Source: Candidatus Woesearchaeota archaeon (GTDB lineage: Archaea > Nanobdellota > Nanobdellia > Woesearchaeales > JACPJR01). Taken from it: a stretch of DNA of 64,000 nucleotides. The translations under genes and the position numbers were made by a program. Location: NCBI GenBank assembly GCA_016187565.1, contig JACPJR010000010.1, positions 68,596-132,595 on the forward strand, read 5' to 3'. Shown here in pieces: positions 9,536 through 18,444 of the stretch; positions within the stretch are counted from its first letter, which is position 1; every line of letters begins with the position of its first letter. The notes below the pieces were generated by a model. The model did not search any database and had not been told where the DNA came from. It was given only the letters and a program-made list of their open reading frames with translations.

Positions 9536-10291
9536 ATGACAACAAATGAGCGATATTGGGAAATAGATAGTTTACGTGGTATTGCCATTGTGATGATGGT
9601 TTTGTATCATCTCCTCTATGATCTTTCTTTTTTTGCGGGGTATGCAATAGAAGTTCTTTCAGGATTTTGGTTGTACTTTGCTCGGGCAACAGCAACCTTA
9701 TTCTTACTTGTCGTAGGAATATCCCTTACCTTGAGCGCATACCATGCACGATCTCAGAATAAAAAATTATCTTTTGTAAAACAACTGAAGCGTGGTCTTT
9801 TTGTTTTCGCTTTTGGTCTTCTTATTACCCTAGCAACCAGGTTTATTTTTCCTGAACAGTATGTTCGTTTTGGTATTCTCCATCTTATTGGCGTCAGTAT
9901 TATCCTTGCTTATCCATTTCTCTCCTTTGGTATTTTAAATCTCATTGGGGGAATGGCGATTATTGGAATCGGTTTTTTGTTGAAGCAGACGACCTTCTCA
10001 TTTCCGTGGTTACTATGGCTGGGGTTTCGTCCTGAACATTTTGCAACAATTGATTATTTTCCTCTCTTTCCCTGGTTTGGCGTTGTCTTGATCGGAATCT
10101 TTTTAGGAAATCTACTCTACACCATGTCAGGTCGTCGTTTTTCATTCCCTGATTTTTCTTCGTTGTTTGCTGTTCGATTACTCAGTTTTCTTGGGAAACA
10201 TTCTTTACTCATTTATCTGTTTCATCAACCGTTTCTCGTTCTTCTCCTCTCAGTTGTAGGAGTAGTTCCTGTATCACTCCTAATCCAGTAG
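9536..10291 (+). CDS. DUF1624-family (HGSNAT-like) integral membrane acyltransferase-like protein
   Basis: The N-terminus has the D-x-x-R-G-x-A...M...H signature (DSLRGIAIVMMVLYH). About 8 predicted TM helices. Confidence 0.5.
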   Translation: MTTNERYWEIDSLRGIAIVMMVLYHLLYDLSFFAGYAIEVLSGFWLYFARATATLFLLVVGISLTLSAYHARSQNKKLSFVKQLKRGLFVFAFGLLITLATRFIFPEQYVRFGILHLIGVSIILAYPFLSFGILNLIGGMAIIGIGFLLKQTTFSFPWLLWLGFRPEHFATIDYFPLFPWFGVVLIGIFLGNLLYTMSGRRFSFPDFSSLFAVRLLSFLGKHSLLIYLFHQPFLVLLLSVVGVVPVSLLIQ

Positions 10292-10554
10292 CACTTGTCA
10301 TCAATACGGATATTACCCTCACTGATTGGGTAAAACTCTACTTTTCGAGCAGTACCATTAGAGCCAGGTACCATCTCATTTTCATCAAATTCGTGTCTCC
10401 AAGGTGGTGGAGCACCAAATAGTCTCGTCAGTTCTTGGGTTAGCTCGTCAATAGACACGGTAGGTCCATGCATTTCAAGAAAGCCATAAAATGCCTGATT
10501 TACTTTTGGTTCTCTGGGAGAATAGACAAGATATTCTTTCATAGCCATGATCAT
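10225..10554 (-). CDS. Hypothetical protein (convergent 67-bp overlap with the upstream gene end)
   Basis: A 109-aa ORF with non-repetitive composition and a G-rich RBS-like sequence before the ATG. No motif recognised. It overlaps the 3' end of the 9536..10291 gene, so one of the two ends may be mis-set. Confidence 0.35.
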   Translation of the reverse strand: MIMAMKEYLVYSPREPKVNQAFYGFLEMHGPTVSIDELTQELTRLFGAPPPWRHEFDENEMVPGSNGTARKVEFYPISEGNIRIDDKCYWIRSDTGTTPTTERRRTRNG

Positions 10555-10652
10555 CCCCTGGTATCTTTTTTGTAATCTTCTATCCCGTTATAATCAATAA
10601 TTTGGGGAAAAGTCCATAAAGTTATAAATACTTTTTCTATTTTCTGTCTCAG

Positions 10653-11690
10653 ATGTACCTGCTTAAAAAAATTCCTGAGGATTTTATTGTTCAAGAGAAG
10701 AAACAGCTCACGTTTATAGAAAACGGAACATATAGTTATTTTTTATTGCGGAAGTGTGATTATACAACTGAAAAGGCTGTTGCGTTAATCGCACAACAAC
10801 TTCACCTGCCCAGAAAGCGTATTAATTATGCAGGAGCAAAAGATAGGTATGCATGTACTGAACAATATATCTCTATCCGTGGTTATGTTCCTCGATTTCA
10901 GGAAAAATCCTTTGGAGCAAATGGGAGTATCACCCTTCGCTATTTCGGCAGAGGAAATGAACGTTTGAATTTGGGAAGTCATGAAGGAAATGCTTTTGTG
11001 ATTACAGTCAGAAATCTTGATTCTGCTGATATTGACCAGCTCCAACAGCAATTACTGGTACTTAAAGATATCAATTATCACTTACCGAATTATTTTGATG
11101 TACAGCGCTTTAGTTCCCAGAACATTGCCATCGGTATGGCATTACTTCATCAGAACATGGAACAAGCAGCAAAACTCATGAATCCTTCAGTTACCCATCC
11201 TTTCGAAGAACTTCGCAGAAACCCTAAACGGATTCTCCAGCTTTATGTGCACAGTGTCCAGAGTGTAATCTACAATCGTATGGTTACGTTGTTTCTTCAA
11301 CAAAAAATCAGCAAATATGTAATAGTCAATGAGCTTCTTTTTCCTACAGAGCGGCTTTCTTCAGCAATCTATGCCGCTGGTGCTCCTCTTGTCGGATTTG
11401 GAACTCCCGATGAACTCGAAACATACGATCCTGAAATGATAGCGCTTATCCAAAAAATAATGCAGGAATATCAGGTAACCTTTCGTGACTTTATTGTACG
11501 AAAATTACCTGAAGCAAGCTCCGAGGGAACTTCTCGTCAGCTCTTTTTTGATGTTGCTTCACTGAAGACTGGTATTCCTGTATCTGATGAACTACATCCA
11601 GGGAAGAAGAAGGTGCAAATCTCTTTCATACTACCTCAAGGATCGTATGCAACCATTGTCATTAAATTTTTATGTTTATCAAGAAGCTAA
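10653..11690 (+). CDS. truD: tRNA pseudouridine(13) synthase TruD/Pus7 family
   Basis: It has the TruD N-terminus (KIPEDFIVQE) and the catalytic region INYAGAKDRYACTEQYISI, which contains the GxKD motif. Confidence 0.75.
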   Translation: MYLLKKIPEDFIVQEKKQLTFIENGTYSYFLLRKCDYTTEKAVALIAQQLHLPRKRINYAGAKDRYACTEQYISIRGYVPRFQEKSFGANGSITLRYFGRGNERLNLGSHEGNAFVITVRNLDSADIDQLQQQLLVLKDINYHLPNYFDVQRFSSQNIAIGMALLHQNMEQAAKLMNPSVTHPFEELRRNPKRILQLYVHSVQSVIYNRMVTLFLQQKISKYVIVNELLFPTERLSSAIYAAGAPLVGFGTPDELETYDPEMIALIQKIMQEYQVTFRDFIVRKLPEASSEGTSRQLFFDVASLKTGIPVSDELHPGKKKVQISFILPQGSYATIVIKFLCLSRS

Positions 11691-11781
11691 TTTGCTGTAG
11701 GAGGCAAAGCCCCATAGCTAACATTCATGGGTTTTCTTTCAAGCCGTTCTTCAGGAACATACGGTACCACTCTTAGAAGAT

Positions 11782-12882
11782 TTAATGATTTGGGCATTTT
11801 ATCTCAATTGCTTTTTCAAAACATTGTTCTAAATGACTTGGATAATAAAGCACAAAATCTCCAGCAGTCATTTGTAAATATTTACAGCCTCTTGGAAAAA
11901 TTTTTAATAATGCAGAGATATTTGGTTTCCCAGGGAGTACTACCCAAACAGGGCATTTTATTTCTTTAAACAATTTATTTAAATGATCGTCTAACTCGTT
12001 AAAGCTGTATCCAATTACAAAAACTCTGCTTGCTTTTGTTAATTCGTTTTTTGCATTTTCCTGGGTAGTATCAAAGTACGCCTGAAAAGAGTTTATCAAC
12101 TTCTTTTTTGTGCCATCATCTAGGGGCGGGATTATTATTTGTTCATATTTTATATCATTTTGTTTGAAACCAATATCATTTCCATAATCGCCCATCTTTT
12201 TTTTACAATCCGTATAACTTAGAAATTTTTTATTATCATTAGTGTAAATAAACAAAAAATCTTTTTTATGACTTTCTTTTTTACTTTGATCAACATAAGC
12301 ATGACCACCATGAATCTTCAAGATTAAAGGATATTTTATCTCTTCATTATTTTTTTTAAATCCGCAATGAATATTCTTGAGTTTAGAAATAGAGGTCTTG
12401 TTTTCATAACATCCTCCAGGAAGTTCACGTTCTATTAAGTTATCATAGTTGGGAGTTATTATTGTATTCTTTTCTCTAATTATCTTTTTATAAAAATCTA
12501 ATCTTTTTTTGTCTTTGAAGTATTTCAAATAATTGAGATATAGCATCCAGTTAATTAAACACATAAAATCTTTTAAGTAGGTAGTATTCTTTTGATTTTG
12601 AAGATAAATTAAAGCCTTACAAATATCCTTTTTTATGGATGAATCTACTCTTGCTAATAAATTGAATATCTTCCTTATATCTTTTTGAAGCACAGCATCA
12701 TCGCAAATTGATTTTTTTTCATTATCCTCCAACCAATTATAATCATACAGAAATTTTATAGATAACTTATCAAATTGAGATATCTGCTCAAACCATTCAC
12801 TTACTAATGGAATGCCGTACTCCTTAGAAAACCCCGCACCTATGAAAAACACGTCTTTTTCATTTGGGTATGTTTTACTCAT
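11782..12882 (-). CDS. SIR2-like domain protein (DHS-like NAD-binding fold; defence-type SIR2_2 family candidate)
   Basis: The N-terminus VFFIGAGFSKEYGIPLVSEW matches the GAGxS...G-x-P nucleotide-binding start of SIR2-like domains. The gene is very AT-rich and Lys/Asn/Tyr-rich relative to its neighbours. The RBS is GAGGAGAG. Confidence 0.5.
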   Translation of the reverse strand: MSKTYPNEKDVFFIGAGFSKEYGIPLVSEWFEQISQFDKLSIKFLYDYNWLEDNEKKSICDDAVLQKDIRKIFNLLARVDSSIKKDICKALIYLQNQKNTTYLKDFMCLINWMLYLNYLKYFKDKKRLDFYKKIIREKNTIITPNYDNLIERELPGGCYENKTSISKLKNIHCGFKKNNEEIKYPLILKIHGGHAYVDQSKKESHKKDFLFIYTNDNKKFLSYTDCKKKMGDYGNDIGFKQNDIKYEQIIIPPLDDGTKKKLINSFQAYFDTTQENAKNELTKASRVFVIGYSFNELDDHLNKLFKEIKCPVWVVLPGKPNISALLKIFPRGCKYLQMTAGDFVLYYPSHLEQCFEKAIEIKCPNH

Positions 12883-13009
12883 TTTAAACTCTCCTCAATG
12901 ATTTTATGTTCTTCTTTTGTTATCCTATTGAGGTTTTAAACTTTTTGAAATCTCTCTTGGTCAATCTCGTCTGATTTCAAGAACTTGTGCATCTTCAGGA
13001 AAATATCCC

Positions 13010-13117
13010 TCAAAAAAAGCAGTCATCACACATTCCATCATACCAGTACTTATTATGCCCGCCGATCTCAATTCCGCATTTGTTGCAGTTGAATTTTTCT
13101 TCTTCAGCATTAGACAT
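13010..13117 (-). CDS. Small zinc-ribbon peptide (35 aa) between the SIR2-like and Schlafen-like genes
   Basis: My own translation of the minus strand gives MSNAEEEKFNCNKCGIEIGGHNKYWYDGMCDDCFF, with two CxxC pairs 16 residues apart. A GGAG lies ~10 nt upstream of the ATG. It is too short for the supplied ORF track. Confidence 0.3.
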   Translation of the reverse strand: MSNAEEEKFNCNKCGIEIGGHNKYWYDGMCDDCFF

Positions 13118-13167
13118 TTTCTATTATCTCCATAAGCGAATATTTCTTTTTGTATTTGCTGATTTTT

Positions 13168-14547
13168 TCATGTTATTACCCCCCAATGCCCACCTTTGTC
13201 GGGGCCGATTCTTTTTAATAACCCTTTTTCTTTTAGCTTTGCAAGATATTCCTTTACCGTTTCAGGGCTTAATTTGAGCTTCAGGGCCATCTCTTCACGG
13301 GTAATTGCGTTGTTTGTGGAAATAAGGTTAAGTATTTCTTCCTCTAACCTTGTGGGTTTCTGGGGGGTTTTCTGGGGGGTTTTCTGGGGGGTTTTCTGGG
13401 GGGAGTACTTTCCGACAATTTTGCCTATTTTATCTTCATCAGGCCTAAGCAAGGTTACAGCAAAGAACTTCCCGAATTCAAAAACTGGCGATTTCAATTC
13501 TGCTTTTTTCATTGCTTCTCTTATCCGGTTTATTCCGCTTCCGACCTGCTCAACTAAATCAGCTTTTTGCATTAAACTAAAGAGCAGGGGGTTTCTTGAC
13601 AGGCTTCTTTTCCCGAATTCTTCCTCTTTAATAATCAATCCGCCGGGGTTGCTGATTTCAACCCTGTCATCAAAAACATCAACCTGAACTCTTGCGCCTT
13701 TTTCCAGATAGTCTCTATGTGCCAAAGCATTGATTAAGCACTCCTTTAAGGACTCTTCTGGAATTTCAAGAATTTCTTTTCTTGGCCCAGAGCCCTCAAT
13801 CCGATAAATGATTTTAAGGTTAGTATACAAAAATTTCATGGAATTTTCATAATTGGACATAATGTCCTCATCAAAATCCTTTTTGTCAATAATATAGGTT
13901 TTATCTTTTCCCTTATAGAGGACGCAAGTAACAACCGCATGAGGGATGAATTGGCTCACATTTTTGCAAAAGAATAGAACCCCTGCGTTCTTGAATTTTC
14001 CATCATCAGTAAGTGTTCCAATATTCTTCAGAATTTCCCTTTCAGGAATTACTCTGCTTATTTTTGCAAGTGCCAGAAAATTGTTAAACTTCTTCCGATC
14101 ATAGCCGTTTTGAAAACCAAATGCAGTATTAGTTGCTTCATCAAATAATATTTTTCTCTCTTTATTAAAAAATTCCCTGATTTCTTCAGTTGATAATTTT
14201 TGGGAATTGGTTCCTTGCCTTAAAAAGAAACCTGCAGAGCACCTATAAGGCTTGTTTATTCCTTCTTTAACATTTATGACTAAAACATTGTCAATTTCTT
14301 CGATAAAAACAGTTACAGGTGGATCGCAGTTCCTTGCAATATCTTGTATCTCTGATTTTAATTTGTTGGTTACCTTAACGCCCCTTATCTCACCTAAATC
14401 AGATATCCCTATGAAAATCTTGCCTCCTTCTGAATTGGTAAAAGCGACAATCTCTTTTGCTATGTTTTTTGAGTCAAAAGACTCTTTGAACTCTGTTTTA
14501 ATTCCTTCTCCATTCTGGATAATAAACTCCAATCCTGTTTTATTCAT
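13168..14547 (-). CDS. Schlafen/AlbA_2 domain ATPase-like protein with a RecG-C-terminal-like HATPase_c_4 domain and C-terminal winged HTH (putative DNA-binding regulator or defence protein)
   Basis: An AlbA_2 signature is present (TEFKESFDSKNIAKEIVAFTNSEGGKIFIGISDLGEIRGV). The middle region matches the RecG-C-like family (LINALAHRDY ... VQVDVFDDRVEISNPGGL). A (PQKT)x4 linker follows, then a C-terminal wHTH (ITREEMALKLKLSPETVKEYLAKLKEKGLLKRIG). Confidence 0.65.
   Translation of the reverse strand: MNKTGLEFIIQNGEGIKTEFKESFDSKNIAKEIVAFTNSEGGKIFIGISDLGEIRGVKVTNKLKSEIQDIARNCDPPVTVFIEEIDNVLVINVKEGINKPYRCSAGFFLRQGTNSQKLSTEEIREFFNKERKILFDEATNTAFGFQNGYDRKKFNNFLALAKISRVIPEREILKNIGTLTDDGKFKNAGVLFFCKNVSQFIPHAVVTCVLYKGKDKTYIIDKKDFDEDIMSNYENSMKFLYTNLKIIYRIEGSGPRKEILEIPEESLKECLINALAHRDYLEKGARVQVDVFDDRVEISNPGGLIIKEEEFGKRSLSRNPLLFSLMQKADLVEQVGSGINRIREAMKKAELKSPVFEFGKFFAVTLLRPDEDKIGKIVGKYSPQKTPQKTPQKTPQKPTRLEEEILNLISTNNAITREEMALKLKLSPETVKEYLAKLKEKGLLKRIGPDKGGHWGVIT
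13353..13404. repeat. Tandem 12-bp repeat (tggggggttttc, ~4.3 copies) encoding the PQKT-repeat linker of the Schlafen-like protein
   Basis: Read directly from the sequence. The repeat is coding and in frame. Confidence 0.85.
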
Positions 14548-14562
14548 ATTCCCAGTCGTCTT

Positions 14563-14660
14563 CTATTATAGCAAAGGACACTAATAACCGTAACTTTATG
14601 TCCTTTGCTTATTAGGAAAAGACATACAAATTATTACGAAAATTAATGTATTTTCCTATA
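14563..14660. repeat. Left copy of a ~98-bp near-perfect inverted repeat (partner at 35850-35947); it contains two internal hairpins and a TATA-like end facing the adjacent gene
   Basis: The reverse complement of 14563-14660 matches 35850-35947 at ~97/98 positions. Internal stems are GCAAAGGACA/TGTCCTTTGC and AGGAAAA(T/G)ACAT/ATGTCTTTTCCT. Confidence 0.85.
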
Positions 14661-14718
14661 GATCCTCTTGTGGCATTTGTTTAGGCATCTCAAATTGAAT
14701 ATATATATATACACAGTA

Positions 14719-15669
14719 TTAAAGTTCCATCCCTACCCGTGATTCAACTAAGCTAACGAGGATGTCATAGCAGTGGTGCATGAGAGTTACTAAAATCAGT
14801 TCATTTGTTGGGATTTTCCCTTGTAGTTCTGTGATCTTTGCAAAATTGTTCCATCGTGATCTACTGATATGCATGATTCTTTCCTTATTTAACTCATAAA
14901 AGAGAAGATGATATTCCTCAAAGGCTTTCTGAATGTCCTTCATTAATAATTTTGTTTTTTTATCTAATGTTTCTTGTTTAAATGTCAATAAATGTCGGGC
15001 AGCGAGACGATAAACATCAACGATCTCATCCAGTCCAGTAATGATATGATATAAGAAGATGGTCTTACGGTAATCTTTATAGCCAGCGCGATAAAGTATT
15101 CTCAGGCAGAAATTCGTGAATTTGGTGAGGCCATCATGTTTTTCCTCCATGGTTGCAAGTAATGACGTGTCCATCTTTTCTACTGCTTCCATTACCTGTG
15201 CAATATAGTCACGAATTAACAGGAAAATCCGTCGAAGGATGTCATCAAAGTCTTTCAGCGAACTCTCTGAAATATCTTTAATAATGGCATGGTCTTTTCG
15301 TTCCTCGACAATTTCAAACCCAACCAGCATACCGACTTCACGTTTAATGGCATCGATGGTTTTTACCGTTGTACCCATCTCAAAATTTTCACACAGGGGA
15401 TTCTTGAATAGTACCGTAATCTCGTCAGCACCAACCTTGTAGGAAGACCTCAGCTCATGTCGAACCGAAGAATAATCTAAGCCGGTAATGTCAATAGTAA
15501 TCTGCTGTGCTGTTTTACGGTTCTCTGCGAAGGAACTGATAAGGAGGGTATTGCCACGTTCTTCGACATCTACCTCTGTTTTTGTTGTAATACCACACTG
15601 TTGCGTCCACTGCTTTGGGAGCGTGATCGTGAGCGTGTTGTTTCCCTGCTGGATGACTTTTCGCTTCAT
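14719..15669 (-). CDS. AbrB/SpoVT-domain protein with PhoU-like helical domain (putative phosphate-uptake / transcriptional regulator)
   Basis: The N-terminus KVIQQGNNTLTITLPKQWTQQCGI has the swapped-hairpin AbrB-like pattern. The remainder is helical with PhoU-like D-x-x-x-D periodicity. Confidence 0.45.
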   Translation of the reverse strand: MKRKVIQQGNNTLTITLPKQWTQQCGITTKTEVDVEERGNTLLISSFAENRKTAQQITIDITGLDYSSVRHELRSSYKVGADEITVLFKNPLCENFEMGTTVKTIDAIKREVGMLVGFEIVEERKDHAIIKDISESSLKDFDDILRRIFLLIRDYIAQVMEAVEKMDTSLLATMEEKHDGLTKFTNFCLRILYRAGYKDYRKTIFLYHIITGLDEIVDVYRLAARHLLTFKQETLDKKTKLLMKDIQKAFEEYHLLFYELNKERIMHISRSRWNNFAKITELQGKIPTNELILVTLMHHCYDILVSLVESRVGMEL

Positions 15670-15737
15670 GCTCGCAAGAGGTAACTACGTCTTTATAAAA
15701 CTTTTGAAAATATATTTTTCGAGATAATAAGACTATT

Positions 15738-16442
15738 ATGATATATTTCAATATATTTGATAAGGTAAAAGAATATAAGTATCTACCTGTTTTAAGAAGC
15801 TGTTTTATGGGTACAGCATCTCCAGAGTATAACGGACATTTGTCCTATGACCGCGACGACGCAGGAAGACCACATCTGTCGATTGGCGTACCTGCAGGGC
15901 TTGTTTCTTATCTTTGTGAGCGGTTACCTCAACCAGGTGTTCTTCATGTTGGACCCCGAGATGACCAACCCACCTTGGATTTTACGGTTTTAGATGATTA
16001 TTTTGGTCATGATGGCACACTAAGCAGACCTCTTACAGTCAGCCAAGGAGGGACTATGGTTAGTATTGAAGGGAGAAATGGGTTGTACACTCATCCAGGG
16101 GTTGCAGTAAACTATGATGATGGCTCTATGGTGGAGTGCGTTGATATTTCACCGAATGCCAAGTCTATCTACTGTGGATTTACAGATATTAAAGTGCCTA
16201 CAGGGGATACAGTTGAGGACCAAGTACGCCTCTTTTATGTTCCAGGCAAAGAATTTTTTGATGTAGTGCTTTCTGTCCCTCGAGGAGAGCGTACTCATCT
16301 TTTGGGTATCAGCGGTATTGTTGCTCGACTTATTAGTGAGAATCTTTCCCCATCCTATGTTCATTCCCGACAACCCTTGGATGATGCATTAGTTCAGTTA
16401 GGATATGGTAGACCTAGTCCACAACGACCAGACGTTTGGTAG
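15738..16442 (+). CDS. Hypothetical protein (GC-richer than surroundings; start possibly at ATG 15807)
   Basis: A long ORF with clear codon structure. Composition shifts GC-rich after the first 23 codons. No motif recognised. Confidence 0.4.
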   Translation: MIYFNIFDKVKEYKYLPVLRSCFMGTASPEYNGHLSYDRDDAGRPHLSIGVPAGLVSYLCERLPQPGVLHVGPRDDQPTLDFTVLDDYFGHDGTLSRPLTVSQGGTMVSIEGRNGLYTHPGVAVNYDDGSMVECVDISPNAKSIYCGFTDIKVPTGDTVEDQVRLFYVPGKEFFDVVLSVPRGERTHLLGISGIVARLISENLSPSYVHSRQPLDDALVQLGYGRPSPQRPDVW

Positions 16443-16479
16443 GCTCTCGTCCTTGTACTATCTTCTTGCGTGTGAACAC

Positions 16480-17115
16480 TTATACTTTCTTTACGAGGTT
16501 CATAATATCCGTCGTTACTTCTTGAATGGGTTTGCTTCCGTCAATCGTTCTGAGTAATCGTGCTTTCTGATAATACTCAACGAGAGGTTTTGTTTGTTGA
16601 TGATACACTTCTAATCTTCTTTTGATGGTTTCTTCCTTTTCATCATCTCGTTGGATGAGTTTGCCTTTACACTGGTCACAGATGCCCTTAACATGAGGGG
16701 GGTGGTAATCTAAATGATAGACTGCACCACAATTACTACAGGTTCTTCGACGGGAAATGCGCTTAATTGCTTCCTCATCGTGGAGCTGAATAGAGAGCAC
16801 ATGATCAATAGGCGTCAATTTTTGTAATGCTATTGCCTGTGCTGTTGTTCGTGGAAATCCGTCTAAAATAAAGCCGTTTATGCAGTCTTCTTTGGTAATC
16901 CGTTCCTTAATAATCTTAATGATAAGATCGTCAGGTACAAGCTCTCCAGCATCCATATAAGCCTTGGCTTTCTTTCCGAGGAGTGTGTTGTTCTTTACTG
17001 CTTCTCGTAATATGTCTCCTGTTGAGATCTGCGGTATCTTGAGAAGTTCCATCATTTTTTTTGCTTGTGTACCCTTTCCTGAACCAGGTGGGCCTAAAAG
17101 GACGATCCGTTGCAT
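16480..17115 (-). CDS. adk: Adenylate kinase with Zn-binding lid
   Basis: It has the P-loop LLGPPGSGKGTQA, the AMP-binding region ISTGDILR, and four lid cysteines (CSNCG...CDQCKG). Confidence 0.9.
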   Translation of the reverse strand: MQRIVLLGPPGSGKGTQAKKMMELLKIPQISTGDILREAVKNNTLLGKKAKAYMDAGELVPDDLIIKIIKERITKEDCINGFILDGFPRTTAQAIALQKLTPIDHVLSIQLHDEEAIKRISRRRTCSNCGAVYHLDYHPPHVKGICDQCKGKLIQRDDEKEETIKRRLEVYHQQTKPLVEYYQKARLLRTIDGSKPIQEVTTDIMNLVKKV

Positions 17116-17148
17116 ATGCTGCTCCTTAATTCCTTGTTATTTGTGTGT

Positions 17149-17610
17149 TTAGCCGAAATAGGCAAGTCTTTCCTGCGCCTCGCTCTCGAGTTGCCAGCCT
17201 TCCTTTACTTTTTTCATAATTGGGGCTATTTTTTTCTTAAGAGCTGGCCATTCTTTCCAAAACAGATTAATAAACAAGGCGTTCTCTTTTTCGGTGTTTG
17301 TCACACTTACTTCTGTTGCATAGCGCAGATACCACATAAGGCGTCGATATAAAACATACATCTCCTTTTTTTCTTCTTCATCAAAATTCTTTGCCTCATA
17401 GAGCTCGGTAAAAACCTGGTCCGGTTGTAAGATCTTATCAAGAATATCCAGGTATGGGTCAATTCGGTCAATGATCTTTTTACGGATCTCGCCTAGAAGG
17501 GACCTTTCTGTTTCGATATCGTTTATTTCAAATTCCTCATCAAGCTCTTTATAGAGAGGAAGTTTGTATTTTTTTTGTAATGTTTTATAATGTTGTTCTT
17601 TGTTGCTCAT
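17149..17610 (-). CDS. Hypothetical protein
   Basis: A 153-aa ORF lying upstream of adk in the same orientation. Confidence 0.4.
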   Translation of the reverse strand: MSNKEQHYKTLQKKYKLPLYKELDEEFEINDIETERSLLGEIRKKIIDRIDPYLDILDKILQPDQVFTELYEAKNFDEEEKKEMYVLYRRLMWYLRYATEVSVTNTEKENALFINLFWKEWPALKKKIAPIMKKVKEGWQLESEAQERLAYFG

Positions 17611-17706
17611 GGTAACGCAGGAGAGTAACCTCTTTATTTAAATTTTGTTGTCCTCTAAGGTAAACGAAAGAAACATATAAATAGCCAGTCCCTCTTTTTC
17701 GTCTTC

Positions 17707-18444
17707 ATGAAAGTTTGTATCATCTTGCCTACCTATAACGAACGAGCAAATATTGCTCCTCTTTTTGATCAGCTTATGACCGAATTTTCAGTGCTTGAAC
17801 GTCTTTTTTCAGTGCAGATGCACCTTGTTGTTGTTGATGATAACAGCCCTGATGGTACTGCAGATGCTGTTAAGGCCTACAAGGGCCGTTATCCTCAGGC
17901 TATAGATCTCTTGACTGGCCAAAAACAAGGGTTAGGTATGGCCTATATACGGGGGTTTCACTATGCACTCCAGCAGGGATATGATGTTGTGTTTGAAATG
18001 GACGCAGATTTAAGCCACGATCCCAGCAATTTACGTAATTTCTTACAAGCAATCCAGGAAGGAGCGGATTTTGTTATTGGTTCACGATATATCCATGGAG
18101 GGAGCATCAACGACTGGAGTATCTTCCGGAAAGCGATAAGTACTGGAGGAAACTTTTTTGCACGTATTGTTGCAGGAATGTACACGGTTCATGATTGTAC
18201 CTCTGGCTATCGGGCAATTCGTGCAGATCTGTTACAACGCATTCATGTTGATACTTTACATGCAAAAGGATATGCCTTCCAGATGGATCTGTTGGCAGCA
18301 GCATTACAGGCAAATGCGAAAATTGTAGAAATCCCTATTGTTTTTGCTGATCGTACACATGGAAAATCAAAATTAGGTGCAAAGGACTTTACTGAGTTCA
18401 TCCGTAATGCGTTTATCTTGCGATTGAAAAAGTTTAAGGTTTAG
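17707..18444 (+). CDS. Dolichol/polyprenol-phosphate glycosyltransferase (Dpm1-like GT2)
   Basis: A GT2-A signature is present (ILPTYNERANI ... VVVDDNSPDGT ... GSRY). There is no TM tail, which is typical of Dpm1-like synthases. Confidence 0.75.
   Translation: MKVCIILPTYNERANIAPLFDQLMTEFSVLERLFSVQMHLVVVDDNSPDGTADAVKAYKGRYPQAIDLLTGQKQGLGMAYIRGFHYALQQGYDVVFEMDADLSHDPSNLRNFLQAIQEGADFVIGSRYIHGGSINDWSIFRKAISTGGNFFARIVAGMYTVHDCTSGYRAIRADLLQRIHVDTLHAKGYAFQMDLLAAALQANAKIVEIPIVFADRTHGKSKLGAKDFTEFIRNAFILRLKKFKV

Noticed and set aside
11727-11969. 80-aa plus-strand ORF
   Set aside because: It overlaps the 3' end of the SIR2-like gene on the opposite strand and has no supporting motif.
13353-13404. Possible CRISPR-like array (regular 12-bp G-rich repeats)
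   Set aside because: The units are contiguous with no spacers. They are only 12 bp and lie in frame inside a protein-coding gene, where they encode PQKT repeats.
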